From an uncultured Gemmatimonadales bacterium (GTDB taxonomy: Bacteria; Gemmatimonadota; Gemmatimonadetes; Gemmatimonadales; GWC2-71-9), in NCBI GenBank assembly GCA_963804125.1, contig CAWDPF010000012.1, forward strand, positions 101,556 to 165,555: a DNA stretch of 64,000 nucleotides, written 5' to 3'. Of this stretch, positions 19,088 to 29,459 are shown piece after piece. The position numbers and the translations under genes are program-made. Within the stretch, counting starts at the first letter, position 1. Each line of letters opens with the position of its first letter. The notes beneath the pieces are model-generated. The model saw nothing but the letters and a program-made list of their open reading frames with translations. It did no database searches and had not been told where the DNA came from.

Positions 19088-19571
19088 CGCTGAGGACGGT
19101 GATCGCCTGCGGGGTGATGCTGGCCGCCTGCGCGGGGCAACCGCGGACGGCGCCCGCACCCGCGCGGGCGACGGCCCGCTTTGAGGTGCTCGGAGACGCG
19201 AGCCCCTCGGATGCCGGGCCTCCGACGCTCCGGATCGACGGCCAGTTCATCACCATCAGGGGGCTCGGCATCCAGGTCGAAGGCGGCGGGCTCTACGGCG
19301 ATGTGGACCTCACCGAGCCGCACACGGTACGGCTCACGCTGTACGACTCTCTCCCCGGCCGGCCCGTGGCCGATCCGCCGCCGCGCCGTCCTACCGGCAA
19401 ATGATCTACCGGGCCCTGATCGGGCCGCTCGCGCCGGGCACCTACGACGTGTGGGTCGGACGATTCGATCCCGAGGCGCGCGTGGTCGAAGTGGCGCAGG
19501 AACCACTTCGGATCGAGATCCAAGCCGCTCCGCCGGGAGGTGACTCGGGCCGGGCCAAGTCCGATCGCTGA
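19084..19571 (+). pseudogene. hypothetical lipoprotein, probably frame-disrupted near 19385
   Basis: GTG 19084 overlaps the permease stop (GTGA). The N-terminus ..VIACGVMLAACAG carries a lipobox, and the frame ends at 19404. A coding-like continuation ..YRQMIYRALIGPLAPGTYDVWVGRFDPEARVVEVAQEPLRIEIQ runs in the next frame to TGA 19569-19571. Confidence 0.45.
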
Positions 19572-19595
19572 TTGGCGACTTCAGTTGGATTGCTG

Positions 19596-19620
19596 TAAGG
19601 CGTTTTAGTAAAACGTCTTA
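19596..19620. other. AT-rich hairpin (11-bp stem with one G.T pair, 3-nt loop) in an unusually AT-rich spacer
   Basis: Read directly as taaggcgtttt-agt-aaaacgtctta. Confidence 0.5.
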
Positions 19621-19790
19621 CCACTGGTCATCTAAAGTCGGTTAGAGGCTTTCGTCGATGCGCATCCCGCGACATCGCACGAGCTCGTATGCCAGAGGGT
19701 GGCGCTGCCCGAGTGCGAATGCGAGCTTCGTCACTGACAACGTGGACACCGACCGGCCACTCTTCGGTCTCGACTGGACGAGAGCCACCG

Positions 19791-20090
19791 ATGCCACTGA
19801 CGCGTGAGGACGTTCGCGCTGCCATCGAGCGCGCCGGCGACGAACACTGGAAGGCGCTCGTGGCCCACCACGAGGATGCCTATCCTGCGAGCCGCCCGAC
19901 GCCCGGCGACGTCGCGCGCCGCGAGGCGGAGCGCCTCAACGACGCGGGGTTCGGCGACGCCGCGCACTGGGAGCTGCTGGACACGCGAGTGCGGCGGGAA
20001 GGCGAGGAGCGCGTGACGCTGGTGCACCGTTTCCGCGATCGCCGCTCGGCCGCGACCGTAGAGACGCCGCCATTCACGAACTACGAGTAG
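19791..20090 (+). CDS. hypothetical protein
   Basis: ATG 19791 in track ORF 19689-20090. The composition is coding-like (MPLTREDVRAAIERAGDEHWKALVAHHEDAYP..). Confidence 0.5.
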   Translation: MPLTREDVRAAIERAGDEHWKALVAHHEDAYPASRPTPGDVARREAERLNDAGFGDAAHWELLDTRVRREGEERVTLVHRFRDRRSAATVETPPFTNYE

Positions 20091-20182
20091 CGCTACGAGC
20101 GAGACTGCGAGTGCCGGCCTGTTCGCCGTGCACTTGTGGATCGGAGGGATCGCATGGGTGTGCTCGTAAGGGCCGGCGCCTG

Positions 20183-20611
20183 ATGGACGGCCAGATGCCA
20201 CACACGGCCGAGGACGCCACGCCGAGCGAGCTTCGCCGCGCCTCGCTCCGGCTGCTGCTCATGCTGCTGGCGCTGGCGCTGCTGGTCACGCCGATCATCC
20301 GGGATCTGCCGCTGGGGAAGAGCACCCGGACGGGCCTGCTCGCGTGGCTGCTGGTCGGGCTCGCGCTCTACTGGCTCTACGAGGGCATGGGCTATCGCCC
20401 CCTGCTGCTGCTGCAGCTGTTCATCTTCTCGACCGCGGCCACACTGCTCAGCGCGAAGCTCCTGCTGGTCATCGTGGACGTCAACCGGGTCACCTTCCTC
20501 CGAACCCTGGCCCGGTGGCTCATCCTGCTGGGCGCGGCGTGCGCCGGGTCGAACCTGCTGGCGATGCTGTACCGCCTCGCTCGACACCCGCGGATCGGAC
20601 AGCCGGGCTAG
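20183..20611 (+). CDS. hypothetical membrane protein (about 4 TM helices)
   Basis: ATG 20183 in track ORF 20111-20611. Confidence 0.55.
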   Translation: MDGQMPHTAEDATPSELRRASLRLLLMLLALALLVTPIIRDLPLGKSTRTGLLAWLLVGLALYWLYEGMGYRPLLLLQLFIFSTAATLLSAKLLLVIVDVNRVTFLRTLARWLILLGAACAGSNLLAMLYRLARHPRIGQPG

Positions 20612-20722
20612 CGGTCAGCTCTTCGCGCGTCCGTGACGCCCGGCGCACGCGCATGCGTGCTGTGTGCGCGCTCACACCCGAAGGCGACGGCATGCACTAT
20701 CGTGGCTTCCACTTCTTCCACG

Positions 20723-22463
20723 GTGGTTCGCGTGCGTCGCCTTCGTCTCCTGTCTGCTTTCCTTCCGATAGTCTTCGCTTGCGATCGTGAAGGGCCTCCC
20801 GGCCCTCCGGGTGGCGGCGCCGTTGCGGCCGCTCCCCAGGAGAGCGACGATGCCCCCGTTCGCGCGCTGTACCTGTGCGGCAACAGGTTCGTGCTCATCA
20901 ACGCCCAGCCGTTCCCGGTCCAGGTGACCTGGCGGATTCAGGGAACCGACGAGCAGGGTGGCCAGGCCCTGGCCGCCGCGCCCGAGGGCGATCCGGGGTT
21001 CAGTGAGATCGAGGTCACGGCACGGCATCAGGGCCCGCTCGAGCTGTACCGGGGCGATCAGTTGCTCGCCGTCCGCGACAACGAGCGTCTCGCCTGTGAG
21101 CCGACCATGGGACCGTCGTTCTCCGTGGCTTCCAGCGCCAGCGCGGGGTCGTGGAGCGCTCCCTTCAGCTGGCCCATCGTGGCGGTGCACATGCACCTGC
21201 TGTGGACCGGCAAGGTGCTCGCGTGGGGGAAGTTCGGAAGTCCCTACGTGTACGATCCCGCCAACGGCAGCTTCAAGGCGGTGGCGGCCGGAGCCAACCT
21301 CTTCTGTTCCGGCCACGCGTTCCTCGCCGGACGGCCGGCTCTTCGTGGCCGGCGGCCATATCAGCGACAACCATGGGTTGCCCGACGGGCACCTGTTCAA
21401 CCCGGGCACGCTGACGTGGTCGAAGACCGCGGACATGCTCCGGGGCCGATGGTACCCCAGCACAACGGAGCTGGCCAACGGCAGCATCGTCACGCTCGCC
21501 GGCAAGGACGAAAATGCGATCCAGGCGACAGTACCGGAGATCTGGAGCGGTGGCAGCTGGCGGGCGCTGACGGGGGCATCGCTCGTCCTCCCGTACTACC
21601 CGCGTCAGTTCCTCGCGCCCAACGGCAAGCTCTTCGTCGCCGGCGATCTCAAGACCACCCGGTACCTCAACACGTCGGGGTCAGGCAGCTGGACGACGGT
21701 CGGCGACCGGCGCTTCGGGATGCGGGATTATGGGGCCGCGGTCATGTATCTCCCCGGCAAGATCCTCTACGTGGGCGGCGGCCGCACGACGGCCACGGCG
21801 GAGACCATCGATCTCACCCAGGCGGCCCCGGCCTGGCAATGGACCAGATCGATGGCATACCCCCGCCGCCACCTCAACGCGACGATGCTGCCGACGGGCG
21901 AGGTGCTGGTCACCAGCGGCACGCGCGGCACGAGCTTCGACGAGCCCGGCCTCGCCGTGCACGTCGCCGAGATCTGGAACCCTACGACCGGGGCTTGGCG
22001 CCAGGTGGCGAGCAACAGCGTGAACCGATCGTACCACTCGACGTCGCTGCTCATGCCCGACGGGCGGGTTCTGCACGCCGGCAGCGGCAACGCGACGATG
22101 ACGAACGGGCTGCCCGCGCCCGACCAGAAGAACGCCGAGTACTACTCGCCCCCATACCTGTTCCAGGGTGCCCGACCGAGCATCTCGAGCGTGCCCAACC
22201 CGATCAGCTACGGCACGTCGTTCACCGTCGCCACTCCGAACGCGAGCAGCATCACCAAGGTCAGCCTCATCAATCTGGGCTCCGTCACGCACGCGTTCGA
22301 CATGGGCCAGCGGTTCATGTGGCTGACGTTCAGCCGGACCTCGAGCGGCCTCACGGTGAAGGCGCCCACCAGCCGAAACGTCGCGCCCCCGGGCTATTAC
22401 ATGCTGTTCATCCTGACCTCGAGCGGGGTACCGTCGAAGGCCAGAATCATCAGGCTACGCTGA
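20723..22463 (+). pseudogene. galactose oxidase / glyoxal oxidase-like lipoprotein (kelch repeats plus a C-terminal DUF1929-type domain), frame-disrupted near 21329
   Basis: The N-terminus (..LLSAFLPIVFAC.. lipobox; ..WSAPFSWPIVAVHMHLLWTGKVLAWG..NLFCSGHAFLA) lies in the frame of track ORF 20633. The continuation DGRLFVAGGHISDN..YHSTSLLMPDGRVLHAGSG..APPGYYMLFILTSSGVPSKARIIRL lies in track ORF 20958-22463. Confidence 0.8.
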
Positions 22464-22686
22464 GCCCGCACCGGTCAAATCGCCTGTCGAACGAAAACCG
22501 AAGCAACTCGAAATGGACTGAGAGAGGAGGGGCCATTTTGTTGCTTGAATATGGTTTAGGCGCTTTCATGGAGGTCGGCGACCTCAAGTAGTTTCGAGGT
22601 GGCGTCGGCGACCCTCTTCGCTTTCGCCAGGGCCGTGCGTAGGCTTCTCCAGCCCGATCGACGCGTTCCGACTCCTGGAGGGATCG

Positions 22687-23157
22687 ATGCGCTCGCGCCA
22701 CCAGGTCGCCCTGCTCGCCGGTCTCGTCGCCCTCATCGCCTGCGAGGCTCGCGAGCGGCCGGCTGCCTATCCGCCGCTCACGCTGGAGCGCGTGCCGATG
22801 CCCGGCAATCTCAAGCTCCCCTTCTCGGCGGCCGTCCGGGCGGGGCCGATGCTCTACCTGTCCGGGCAGCTCGGGACGGACAGCACCGGCCGGCTCGTCG
22901 CCGGGGGAATCGGACCGGAGACGGCGCAGGCGCTGGCCAACGTCAGCGCGTTGCTGGCCGCGCACGGGTCCGGAATGGATCGGGTGGTCAAGTGCACGGC
23001 CATGCTCGCCGACATGGCGGAATGGCCCGCGATGAACGTGGAGTACGCCCGGCATTTTCCCGCCGGGTTTCCCGCGCGGAGCGCCTTCGGCACCACCGGA
23101 TTGGCCCTGGGAGCGCGGGTGGAGCTGGAGTGCATGGCCCTCGCCGGCGGCGCCTGA
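22687..23157 (+). CDS. RidA/YjgF family protein with a lipoprotein-type signal peptide
   Basis: Track ORF 22687-23157. It has a lipobox ..LVALIAC and the RidA-like stretches ..AVRAGPMLYLSGQLG..VVKCTAMLADMAEW..ARSAFGTTGLALGARVELECMA. Confidence 0.8.
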   Translation: MRSRHQVALLAGLVALIACEARERPAAYPPLTLERVPMPGNLKLPFSAAVRAGPMLYLSGQLGTDSTGRLVAGGIGPETAQALANVSALLAAHGSGMDRVVKCTAMLADMAEWPAMNVEYARHFPAGFPARSAFGTTGLALGARVELECMALAGGA

Positions 23158-23274
23158 GGGCGCCGACAGCGGCGGCGCGGTTCCTTGCGTGGGACGGCCA
23201 GCCTAGTTTGACTCGTGTACCGGCGCCGTGCCGGCTCGCCGCCCCGCGGCACCCCCTGAGATCCGAGGAGCCAA

Positions 23275-23478
23275 ATGGCTACCAAACTGGACAAGACCAT
23301 CAAGCGTGAGCTCGAGCTCGAAGGCAAGCTCTATACGGTCACCATGTCGCCCGAGGGCGTGAAGATCACGGCGAAGGGTGCGCGGAAGGGCCAGGAGATC
23401 ACGTGGGCCACGCTCCTGAGCGGAGACGCCGAGCTGCGCCGCGACCTCAACGTTTCGGTGGACGCCTACCGCGCCTGA
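23275..23478 (+). CDS. small hypothetical protein (67 aa)
   Basis: Track ORF 23275-23478. A GAGGAG lies 6 nt upstream of the ATG, and the composition is non-shadow-like (K/E/T-rich). Confidence 0.55.
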   Translation: MATKLDKTIKRELELEGKLYTVTMSPEGVKITAKGARKGQEITWATLLSGDAELRRDLNVSVDAYRA

Positions 23479-23530
23479 GCCAGGTCGGGCCGTAGGACGA
23501 ATCACACCTCTTGGCCGCGCCGGAGGTCGG

Positions 23531-24248
23531 ATGCGCTCGCGTGGGATCTCGAGGGTCTTCGCCGCCTGGGCCGTAGCCTCGGCGGCGGCCTGCGCTTCGT
23601 CCGCCTCGGCACCGGCCACCCAGCCGGCGCCGGCCACCAACGCCCCGCCGGCATCGTCCGCCGGCGGGGCGCGCGTCGATCACGCTGGCCGCCCTCACGG
23701 CGAGCCTCGCGTCGCTGAAGCCCTCGACGGTCGTGTTCGACATCGACGACACGACCCTGTACACCGGACTCGCCTTCCTCTTCGCGCAGGGGTATCTGGA
23801 GGAGAAGGACGGCGGGCGGTTCCGTGACGATCGAGCGTTCTGGACGCTCATCAACGACAGCCTCGATGCGCGCTTCAGCAAGCCCAAGCGGATCGCTCGC
23901 GAGCTCATCGCGTTTCACCAGGCACGGGGCGACACGATCGTCTTCGTGACCTCGCGCTTCCCGAGCCAGCCTGCCAGTGACCGGACGAGCCGCCTGCTGC
24001 AGCGACTATTCGCCTTCCTGTCACCGCCGACGGTGCTCTTCACCGCTCAGGCGCCCAAGACCGACGCCATCCGCTCGGTGCATCCGGCGGTGTCCTACGG
24101 CGACTCGGACGCCGACATCGCGGATACCCATGCGGCGGATCCCTCCATCCGGGCGATCCGCATCATCCGGAGCCCGGTGAGCTACAACGAGCGCCCGTTC
24201 CAACCCGGCAAGTACGGCGAGGAGATCCTCGCCAATTCGGCGGACTAG
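23531..24248 (+). pseudogene. class B acid phosphatase-like HAD hydrolase (AphA-like), frame-disrupted near 23668
   Basis: The signal peptide is in track ORF 23531 (MRSRGISRVFAAWAVASAAACAS..). The catalytic part is in the next frame (..KPSTVVFDIDDTTLYTG...SYGDSDADIADT..) and ends at TAG 24246-24248. Confidence 0.75.
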
Positions 24249-24255
24249 CGCGCCG

Positions 24256-25480
24256 GTGCTTCGGGCCCTCCGCGCTGGCCGGCGTCCTCGCCGGCGCGAT
24301 CGCGCTCTCGGGCGCGCATGGCGCCGGCCGCGCAGTCCCGCCCGGCCGCGCTCGCCCGGCCGCCCGCGCGGTGGGCCGCCTTCACCTCGGCGTTCGACGC
24401 GCTATGCCCGGTCGGACGGCGTCGTCGGCGGGAGTGTGGTGGTCCTCCGCGCCGGCCGCGTGCTGGCGCGTCACGCCTACGGCCGCGGCGACCTGCAGGC
24501 CGCGGGCGCACCCGCGGAGGATGCGGTGTACCACTGGGCCTCGATCACCAAGACGCTCACGGCCATCGCCATCCTGCAGCTCCGCGATCGGGGCCGCCTC
24601 ACGCTCGACGATCCCATCGTGCGCTACGTCCCCGAGCTGCGGCAGGTGCACGATGGGTTCGGTCCCATCGACGACATCACCCTCCGCATGCTGCTCTCGC
24701 ACAGCGCGGGCTTCCAGAACCCGACCTGGCCCTACGGCGAGGGCCGCCCGTGGGAGCCGTTCGAGCCCACGCGCTGGGACCAGCTCGTCGCGATGATGCC
24801 GTACCAGGAGATCGGCTTCCGCCCGGGCTCGCGGTTCGGCTACAGCAATCCCGCGCTTCATCTATCTGGCGCGCGTGATCGAGGCGCTGAGCGGCGATCC
24901 GTGGGCCGTCTACGTGCAGAAGAACATCTGGACGCCGCTCGGCATGACCGAAAGCTTCGTCGGGCGGTCGCCGTATCATCTCGCCGGCCGGCGCGCGCGG
25001 AGCTACACCGTGCGCGCGGACAGCGGCGGCTCGGCGCGGACCGAGGCCAATCCGCCGGAGTTCGATCCCGGCATCACCATCCCCAACGGCGGATGGAACG
25101 CGCCGGTGGCGGACCTGGTCAAGTACCTCGCCTTTCTCACGCACGCCGATCACGGGGATTCGGCGCTCGCCGCGCGATATGACGGCGTCCTGCGGCACGC
25201 GACGCTCGAGGAGATGTGGCGGCCGGTGGTGCCGCTCGCGGCGGCCGGCGGCGGCGACGAGGCGTTCGGCCTCTCGTTCTATGTCTACCGCCGCGGCGAC
25301 CGTACCATCGTGGGGCACACGGGCGAGCAGTCGGGATTCCGCAGCTTCTTCTACCTCGATCCGGCGTCCACCACGGCGGTCGTGGGCGTGCTCAACACCA
25401 CCAACGAGGCCCGGCCCGACGCCTCCGTCGCCGGGTGGGACACGCTCACGCGCGGGGCCGTGGAGCTGGTGGCGCCGTGA
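24256..25480 (+). pseudogene. serine hydrolase (beta-lactamase/PBP4-like family), frame-disrupted at two or more positions
   Basis: The SxxK motif occurs in ..VYHWASITKTLTAIAILQL... The protein continues from track ORF 24256-25182 into track ORF 24875-25480 (..NP-A-FIYLARVIEALSGDPW..HTGEQSGFRSF..), switching near 24862. The N-terminal ~50 codons also change frame near 24403, so the true start is unresolved. Confidence 0.8.
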
Positions 25481-25977
25481 GCGAGCGGCGGGGCCGGCAG
25501 CGGCCGGGAGACGAGCGGGACCCGCGGCCCGGGGAGCCGGCGCCGTTCGAGACGCCGGAGGCGGTGCTCGAGCTGCAGCCCGAGACTTCGCCGGCGCCCG
25601 GGCATACGCCCCGGCCCGGACGTATTCACCTGGTGGTGGTGGTGACTCGGGCGGTGACCGCGAAGGATCAGGCGCCGCCCGGGGCCATGCTCATCGCCCG
25701 GTTCTGGCATCCGTCCCTGCGTCGCTGGAGCGAGACGCCCTTCGAGTCGCTGGAGCACGCGCTGCACCTGTTCGTGGACGAGAGCGGCTGGGTACTGCGG
25801 CAGCAGCAGGCGCTCGACGGCCCGCACGCCTTCGAGCTCGTCTTCGAGGCGCGACGCGAGGACTTCAGCCGGCCGAGCACGGAGGCGATGCTGCAGGACG
25901 TCGGCCTCTCCGCGGAGGACGTGGCCGACCTGATCGAGCGCATCGAGCGCGAGAACGGCTCGGACGAGCCCAGATGA
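25477..25977 (+). CDS. hypothetical protein
   Basis: GTG 25477 overlaps the previous stop (GTGA), within track ORF 25216-25977. The C-terminal half looks coding (..LIARFWHPSLRRWSETPFESLEHALHLFVDESGWVLRQQ..). Confidence 0.5.
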   Translation: MSERRGRQRPGDERDPRPGEPAPFETPEAVLELQPETSPAPGHTPRPGRIHLVVVVTRAVTAKDQAPPGAMLIARFWHPSLRRWSETPFESLEHALHLFVDESGWVLRQQQALDGPHAFELVFEARREDFSRPSTEAMLQDVGLSAEDVADLIERIERENGSDEPR

Positions 25978-26109
25978 CGCCAGGGCGCGCCGATTTCCGT
26001 ACTGGCCGTCCGAGCGGAAGCTGGTGGAGATCGACTACGGCATAGGCAGGCCCCGCCGACCCGCGTAACTTTCGGTCTCGAATCCCTGCCGCCTCTCAGG
26101 AGACCGTCG

Positions 26110-26478
26110 ATGCCGACCCTCATTCCCGCGCCCACGATCATTCATGCCGCGGGGAACAAGCCCAAGCGGATCGAGGAGTATGCCGGGCGGGTCAACACCG
26201 CGCAGGCCGACGTGAGCGTGGCGCGCATGGTGTCGCCCGAGGGGTGGGCGGAGCCCGGCCAGCGGCCCGACTTCCAGGAGATCACGCTCGTGCTGCGCGG
26301 GACGCTGCGGGTCGAGCACGACGGCGGCTCGGTGGATGTGTCCGCCGGACAGGCGATCGTGACCCGACCCGGCGAGTGGGTGCGCTATGCCAGCCCCGCG
26401 GCCGGGGGCGCCGAGTATGTCGCCGTCTGCCTGCCGGCGTTCTCGCCCGACACGGTCCACCGGGACGCGGTGTCATGA
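26110..26478 (+). CDS. cupin domain protein
   Basis: Track ORF 26110-26478. The sequence reads ..ARMVSPEGWAEPGQRPDFQEITLVLRGTLRVEHDG..GEWVRY. Confidence 0.7.
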   Translation: MPTLIPAPTIIHAAGNKPKRIEEYAGRVNTAQADVSVARMVSPEGWAEPGQRPDFQEITLVLRGTLRVEHDGGSVDVSAGQAIVTRPGEWVRYASPAAGGAEYVAVCLPAFSPDTVHRDAVS

Positions 26479-26783
26479 TCGCAGCGCCCGCTGGCGCTCG
26501 CGGCCCCGGTTCGCGGACGCTCATTGTCGTCCTGCTGGTGGCGGCGGCCGTCGTGGCACTCCTGCCGGCTGTGCTCGCGCGCTCGCATCGCGTGCAGACG
26601 ATGCGCGAGAACCTGACCGAGGTGCTCCAGGAGTGCCGCGTGCGTTACGCCGCCGCGCGGACCGCCGCGGACACCGCGGCCGCGGACCTGTGGCAGCCGG
26701 CGCTGCACGGCGCGCAGCGGCCCGGCGACCCGCCCTGCGGGCCCTACCGCCGGCGGAACATGCTCGAACCGGCCTCCCGATGA
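26475..26783 (+). CDS. hypothetical membrane-anchored protein
   Basis: ATG 26475 overlaps the cupin stop, within track ORF 26244-26783. It has one TM helix (LIVVLLVAAAVVALLPAVLA). Confidence 0.5.
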   Translation: MIAAPAGARGPGSRTLIVVLLVAAAVVALLPAVLARSHRVQTMRENLTEVLQECRVRYAAARTAADTAAADLWQPALHGAQRPGDPPCGPYRRRNMLEPASR

Positions 26784-27226
26784 GCGCGCCGGACGCCGGC
26801 AGGCTCGAGGCGATCTGGATCAAGCGGGCGCACCGGGGGCCGATGGACCCGGTGCCCGAAGCCACGCTGGTCGCGGGACGCGGGCTGGTGGGCAACGCCG
26901 ACCAGGGGCGGAGTCGCCAGGTGACGCTGATCGAGCGCGAGGTGTGGGAGCGCCTCATGGCGAAGACCGGCGGACAGGTGCCGCCGAGCGCCCGGCGGGC
27001 GAACCTCATGGTGAGTGGCTGCAGCCTGCTGGGGACGCGGAATCGGGTCCTCCGGGTCGGGAGCTGCCGGCTCCGGATAGCCGGCGAGACCCGGCCGTGC
27101 GAACGGATGGACGAAGCCCTCGAAGGCTTGAGGACGGCGATGGAGGCGGACTGGGGCGGGGGAGCGTTTGCGGAAGTGCTGGACGACGGCGTCATCCAGG
27201 TCGGGGCCGAGGTGCGATGGGACTGA
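26780..27226 (+). CDS. MOSC domain protein
   Basis: ATG 26780 overlaps the previous stop (ATGA). The sequence reads ..GLVGNADQGRSRQVTLIEREVWE..RRANLMVSG..LRIAGETRPCERMDEA. Confidence 0.85.
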   Translation: MSAPDAGRLEAIWIKRAHRGPMDPVPEATLVAGRGLVGNADQGRSRQVTLIEREVWERLMAKTGGQVPPSARRANLMVSGCSLLGTRNRVLRVGSCRLRIAGETRPCERMDEALEGLRTAMEADWGGGAFAEVLDDGVIQVGAEVRWD

Positions 27227-27233
27227 ACGACGA

Positions 27234-27265
27234 ACGGCCGGCTCGAGCGAACTCGAACCGGCCGT
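27234..27265. terminator. putative bidirectional terminator hairpin between the convergent MOSC gene and csp
   Basis: A 14-bp stem with one mismatch (acggccggctcgag / ctcgaaccggccgt) and a cgaa loop lies 8 nt after TGA 27224-27226 and 33 nt before the csp stop. Confidence 0.5.
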
Positions 27266-27297
27266 CTGTTCCGCGGCGTCAGCCGCGGCGCGCGGTC

Positions 27298-27510
27298 TTA
27301 CTTGCCGAGCTTGACGACGTTCTCCGCCGCCGGGCCCTTCTGGCCCTGGACGACGTCGAACTCGACCCGCTCACCCTCGACCAGGCTCTTGAAACCCTGA
27401 CCCTGAATCGCCGAGTGATGGACGAAGCAGTCCTTCTGGCCGCCTTCGGGCGTGATGAAGCCGAAGCCCTTGGCGTCGTTGAACCACTTGACCGTGCCGG
27501 TGGTGCGCAT
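27298..27510 (-). CDS. cspA: cold-shock protein (CspA family)
   Basis: [68 protein letters not shown] carries the RNP1 and RNP2 motifs. An AGGAG sits upstream of the ATG at 27510. Confidence 0.95.
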   Translation of the reverse strand: MRTTGTVKWFNDAKGFGFITPEGGQKDCFVHHSAIQGQGFKSLVEGERVEFDVVQGQKGPAAENVVKLGK

Positions 27511-27795
27511 TGTTCCTACTCCTTGAGTGTGTTGTAATCGGAGTTCGGCCATGCCGCACCTACCGACTACGCGATGTGCGTGAAATGAGCCCTCACGCGG
27601 GGAAGCTGCCCTGGTGCATCCTGCGGGATGCGATCCCCGGGAGCAGCCAACAAAAAGGGAGCCAGCGCGAGTTCCGCCAGCCCCCTGTCGAATCTGGACT
27701 ATGGCCGCGCGATGCCTCAACGCGCCAATTCGCGACCCAATGGTAAAACAGCGTACCGTTTTCCGCAATCCCTGCCGCCCACGAAGGAGCTCCGG

Positions 27796-28321
27796 ATGAC
27801 CGTGATCGCACCTCCCGGCCCCGACGAATACGGGACGTTCTATGCCGGATACATCGCCCATGTGCCTGCCGGCGCCGACATTCTCGAGTCTGCTCGCCCG
27901 GCAGCGGGCCTCCACCCTGGCACGTTTCGCCGCCGTTCCGGAGGCCCGCGGCGCCCACCGCTATGCGCCCGGCAAGTGGAGTGTGCGCGAGGTCCTGGTC
28001 CACCTGAGCGACGTGGAGCGGATCATGGCCTACCGCGCGCTCCGGGTCGCCCGAGGCGACACGACGCCGCTGCCCGGGTTCGACGAAAATGCCTACGCGC
28101 CGCTGTCGAACGCCGAGGCGCACCCGCTGGCCGCGCTGGCGGAGGAATGGGGCGACGTCCGCCGCGCCACGCTGTCCTTCTTTCGCCACCTGGCGCCCGA
28201 GGCATGGACCCGTCGCGGTACCGCGAGCGGGGCGCCGGTGACGGTTCGGGCCCTGGCGTGGATCATCGCGGGGCACGAACGGCATCACCTGGGGACGCTC
28301 GCCGAGCGCTACGGGGTCTGA
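27796..28321 (+). pseudogene. DinB family protein, frame-disrupted near 27889
   Basis: ATG 27796 follows AAGGAG ([31 protein letters not shown]). The continuation [47 protein letters not shown] lies in track ORF 27842-28321. Confidence 0.75.
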
Positions 28322-28433
28322 AGTCGCGCACGGAGACGCCGTCGGAGCCGGTGGCGGGCTCGACTCGGGGCGCCATAGATTGGTCGCAGACTCGTCCGTT
28401 TCGCTCGCCTCTCGCCTTCTCGGAGCACTCACG

Positions 28434-29333
28434 ATGCGACATTCCGCCGTCGGACTTGCCGTGGCCTTCGCCCTTGGCGCGGTCTCCGTCCCTGCGGAAG
28501 CGGTGGCCCCGCCGCCGGCTGGCCGGGTGACGATCCTGTACGACGCCTTCGGCGACCGACCGGGCCTCGAGCGCGACTGGGGGTTCTCGGCGCTCATCGA
28601 GTACGGCGGGCGCCGGATCCTCTTCGACGCCGGAAACGACGGCCAGGTCTTCGCCCGGAACGTGCGCCGGCTCGGCGTCGACCTCCGGCGGCTCGACTTT
28701 GCCGTGATCTCCCACCGGCACGCCGACCACACGGGCGGGCTCGCCCATCTCCTCCGCGTCAACCCGGCGGTGACGATTTACGCACCGAACGAGCGGTTCG
28801 GGATCTTCGGCGGCGAGATCCCGACCACGATCATCCGGCCCGACACGGCGCTCCCCGCCCGGATGCGGTACTTCGGCGGCGTGGTGCCGGCGGAGCTGTC
28901 GAGCTCGACCGTGTGGCCGGGCGCGCACTTCGTGCACGTCGACACCCTCACCGAGATCGCGCCCGGCGTGGCGCTGGTCTCCACGGTCTCGCGGACGCCG
29001 GGCACGCTGGAGCTGCGCGAGCTCTCGCTGGTGCTGCGGACGCCCGAGGGGCTGGTGGTATTCGTGGGCTGCTCGCATCCGGGGATCGAGACCATCCTCG
29101 AGGCCACCCGGCCGTACGGCGATCACGTGCACGAGATCTTCGGCGGCCTGCACCTGGTGGCCACGCCGGACACCGCGATCGCGCGCATCGCGACCGACCT
29201 CCGCGACGCCTGGCGGCTCGACCTGATCGCGCCGGGCCATTGCACCGGCGAGCCGGCCTTCGACGCGCTCGCGCGCACCTTCGGCGCCCGGTACGTCTAC
29301 GCGGGGCTCGGCGCCGTCGTCCCACTCCTCTGA
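28434..29333 (+). CDS. MBL-fold metallo-hydrolase, exported
   Basis: ATG 28434 in track ORF 28380-29333. It has a signal peptide, the motif HRHADHTGG (HxHxDH), and ..VGCSHPG..GGLHL.. Confidence 0.8.
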   Translation: MRHSAVGLAVAFALGAVSVPAEAVAPPPAGRVTILYDAFGDRPGLERDWGFSALIEYGGRRILFDAGNDGQVFARNVRRLGVDLRRLDFAVISHRHADHTGGLAHLLRVNPAVTIYAPNERFGIFGGEIPTTIIRPDTALPARMRYFGGVVPAELSSSTVWPGAHFVHVDTLTEIAPGVALVSTVSRTPGTLELRELSLVLRTPEGLVVFVGCSHPGIETILEATRPYGDHVHEIFGGLHLVATPDTAIARIATDLRDAWRLDLIAPGHCTGEPAFDALARTFGARYVYAGLGAVVPLL

Positions 29334-29459
29334 CCACCGCGCGGCGGCGCGAAACCGGGAAGCCTCAATGATCGTCTGCCGCTTCGGCGCCCTCGCGCCA
29401 TTCGTCGTGCCCGGCTCGCAGCACTGGATCGTCTACCGCGTGCTCGACGCGAGTGCCGG

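Noticed and set aside
19572-22686. The AT-rich-flanked block, considered as a mobile element or genomic island.
   Set aside because: I could find no integrase, transposase or tRNA gene, and no convincing direct or inverted terminal repeats between the two flanks. It is kept only as a low-interest compositional observation.
22464-22686. tRNA or other structured RNA genes in the larger spacers (5323-5460, 8151-8313, 19572-19790, 22464-22686, 25978-26109, 34723-34912, 45236-45418).
   Set aside because: Reading both strands, I could not fold any of these into a cloverleaf or recognise conserved tRNA, tmRNA, RNase P or SRP boxes. A covariance-model scan would be needed to exclude small RNAs.
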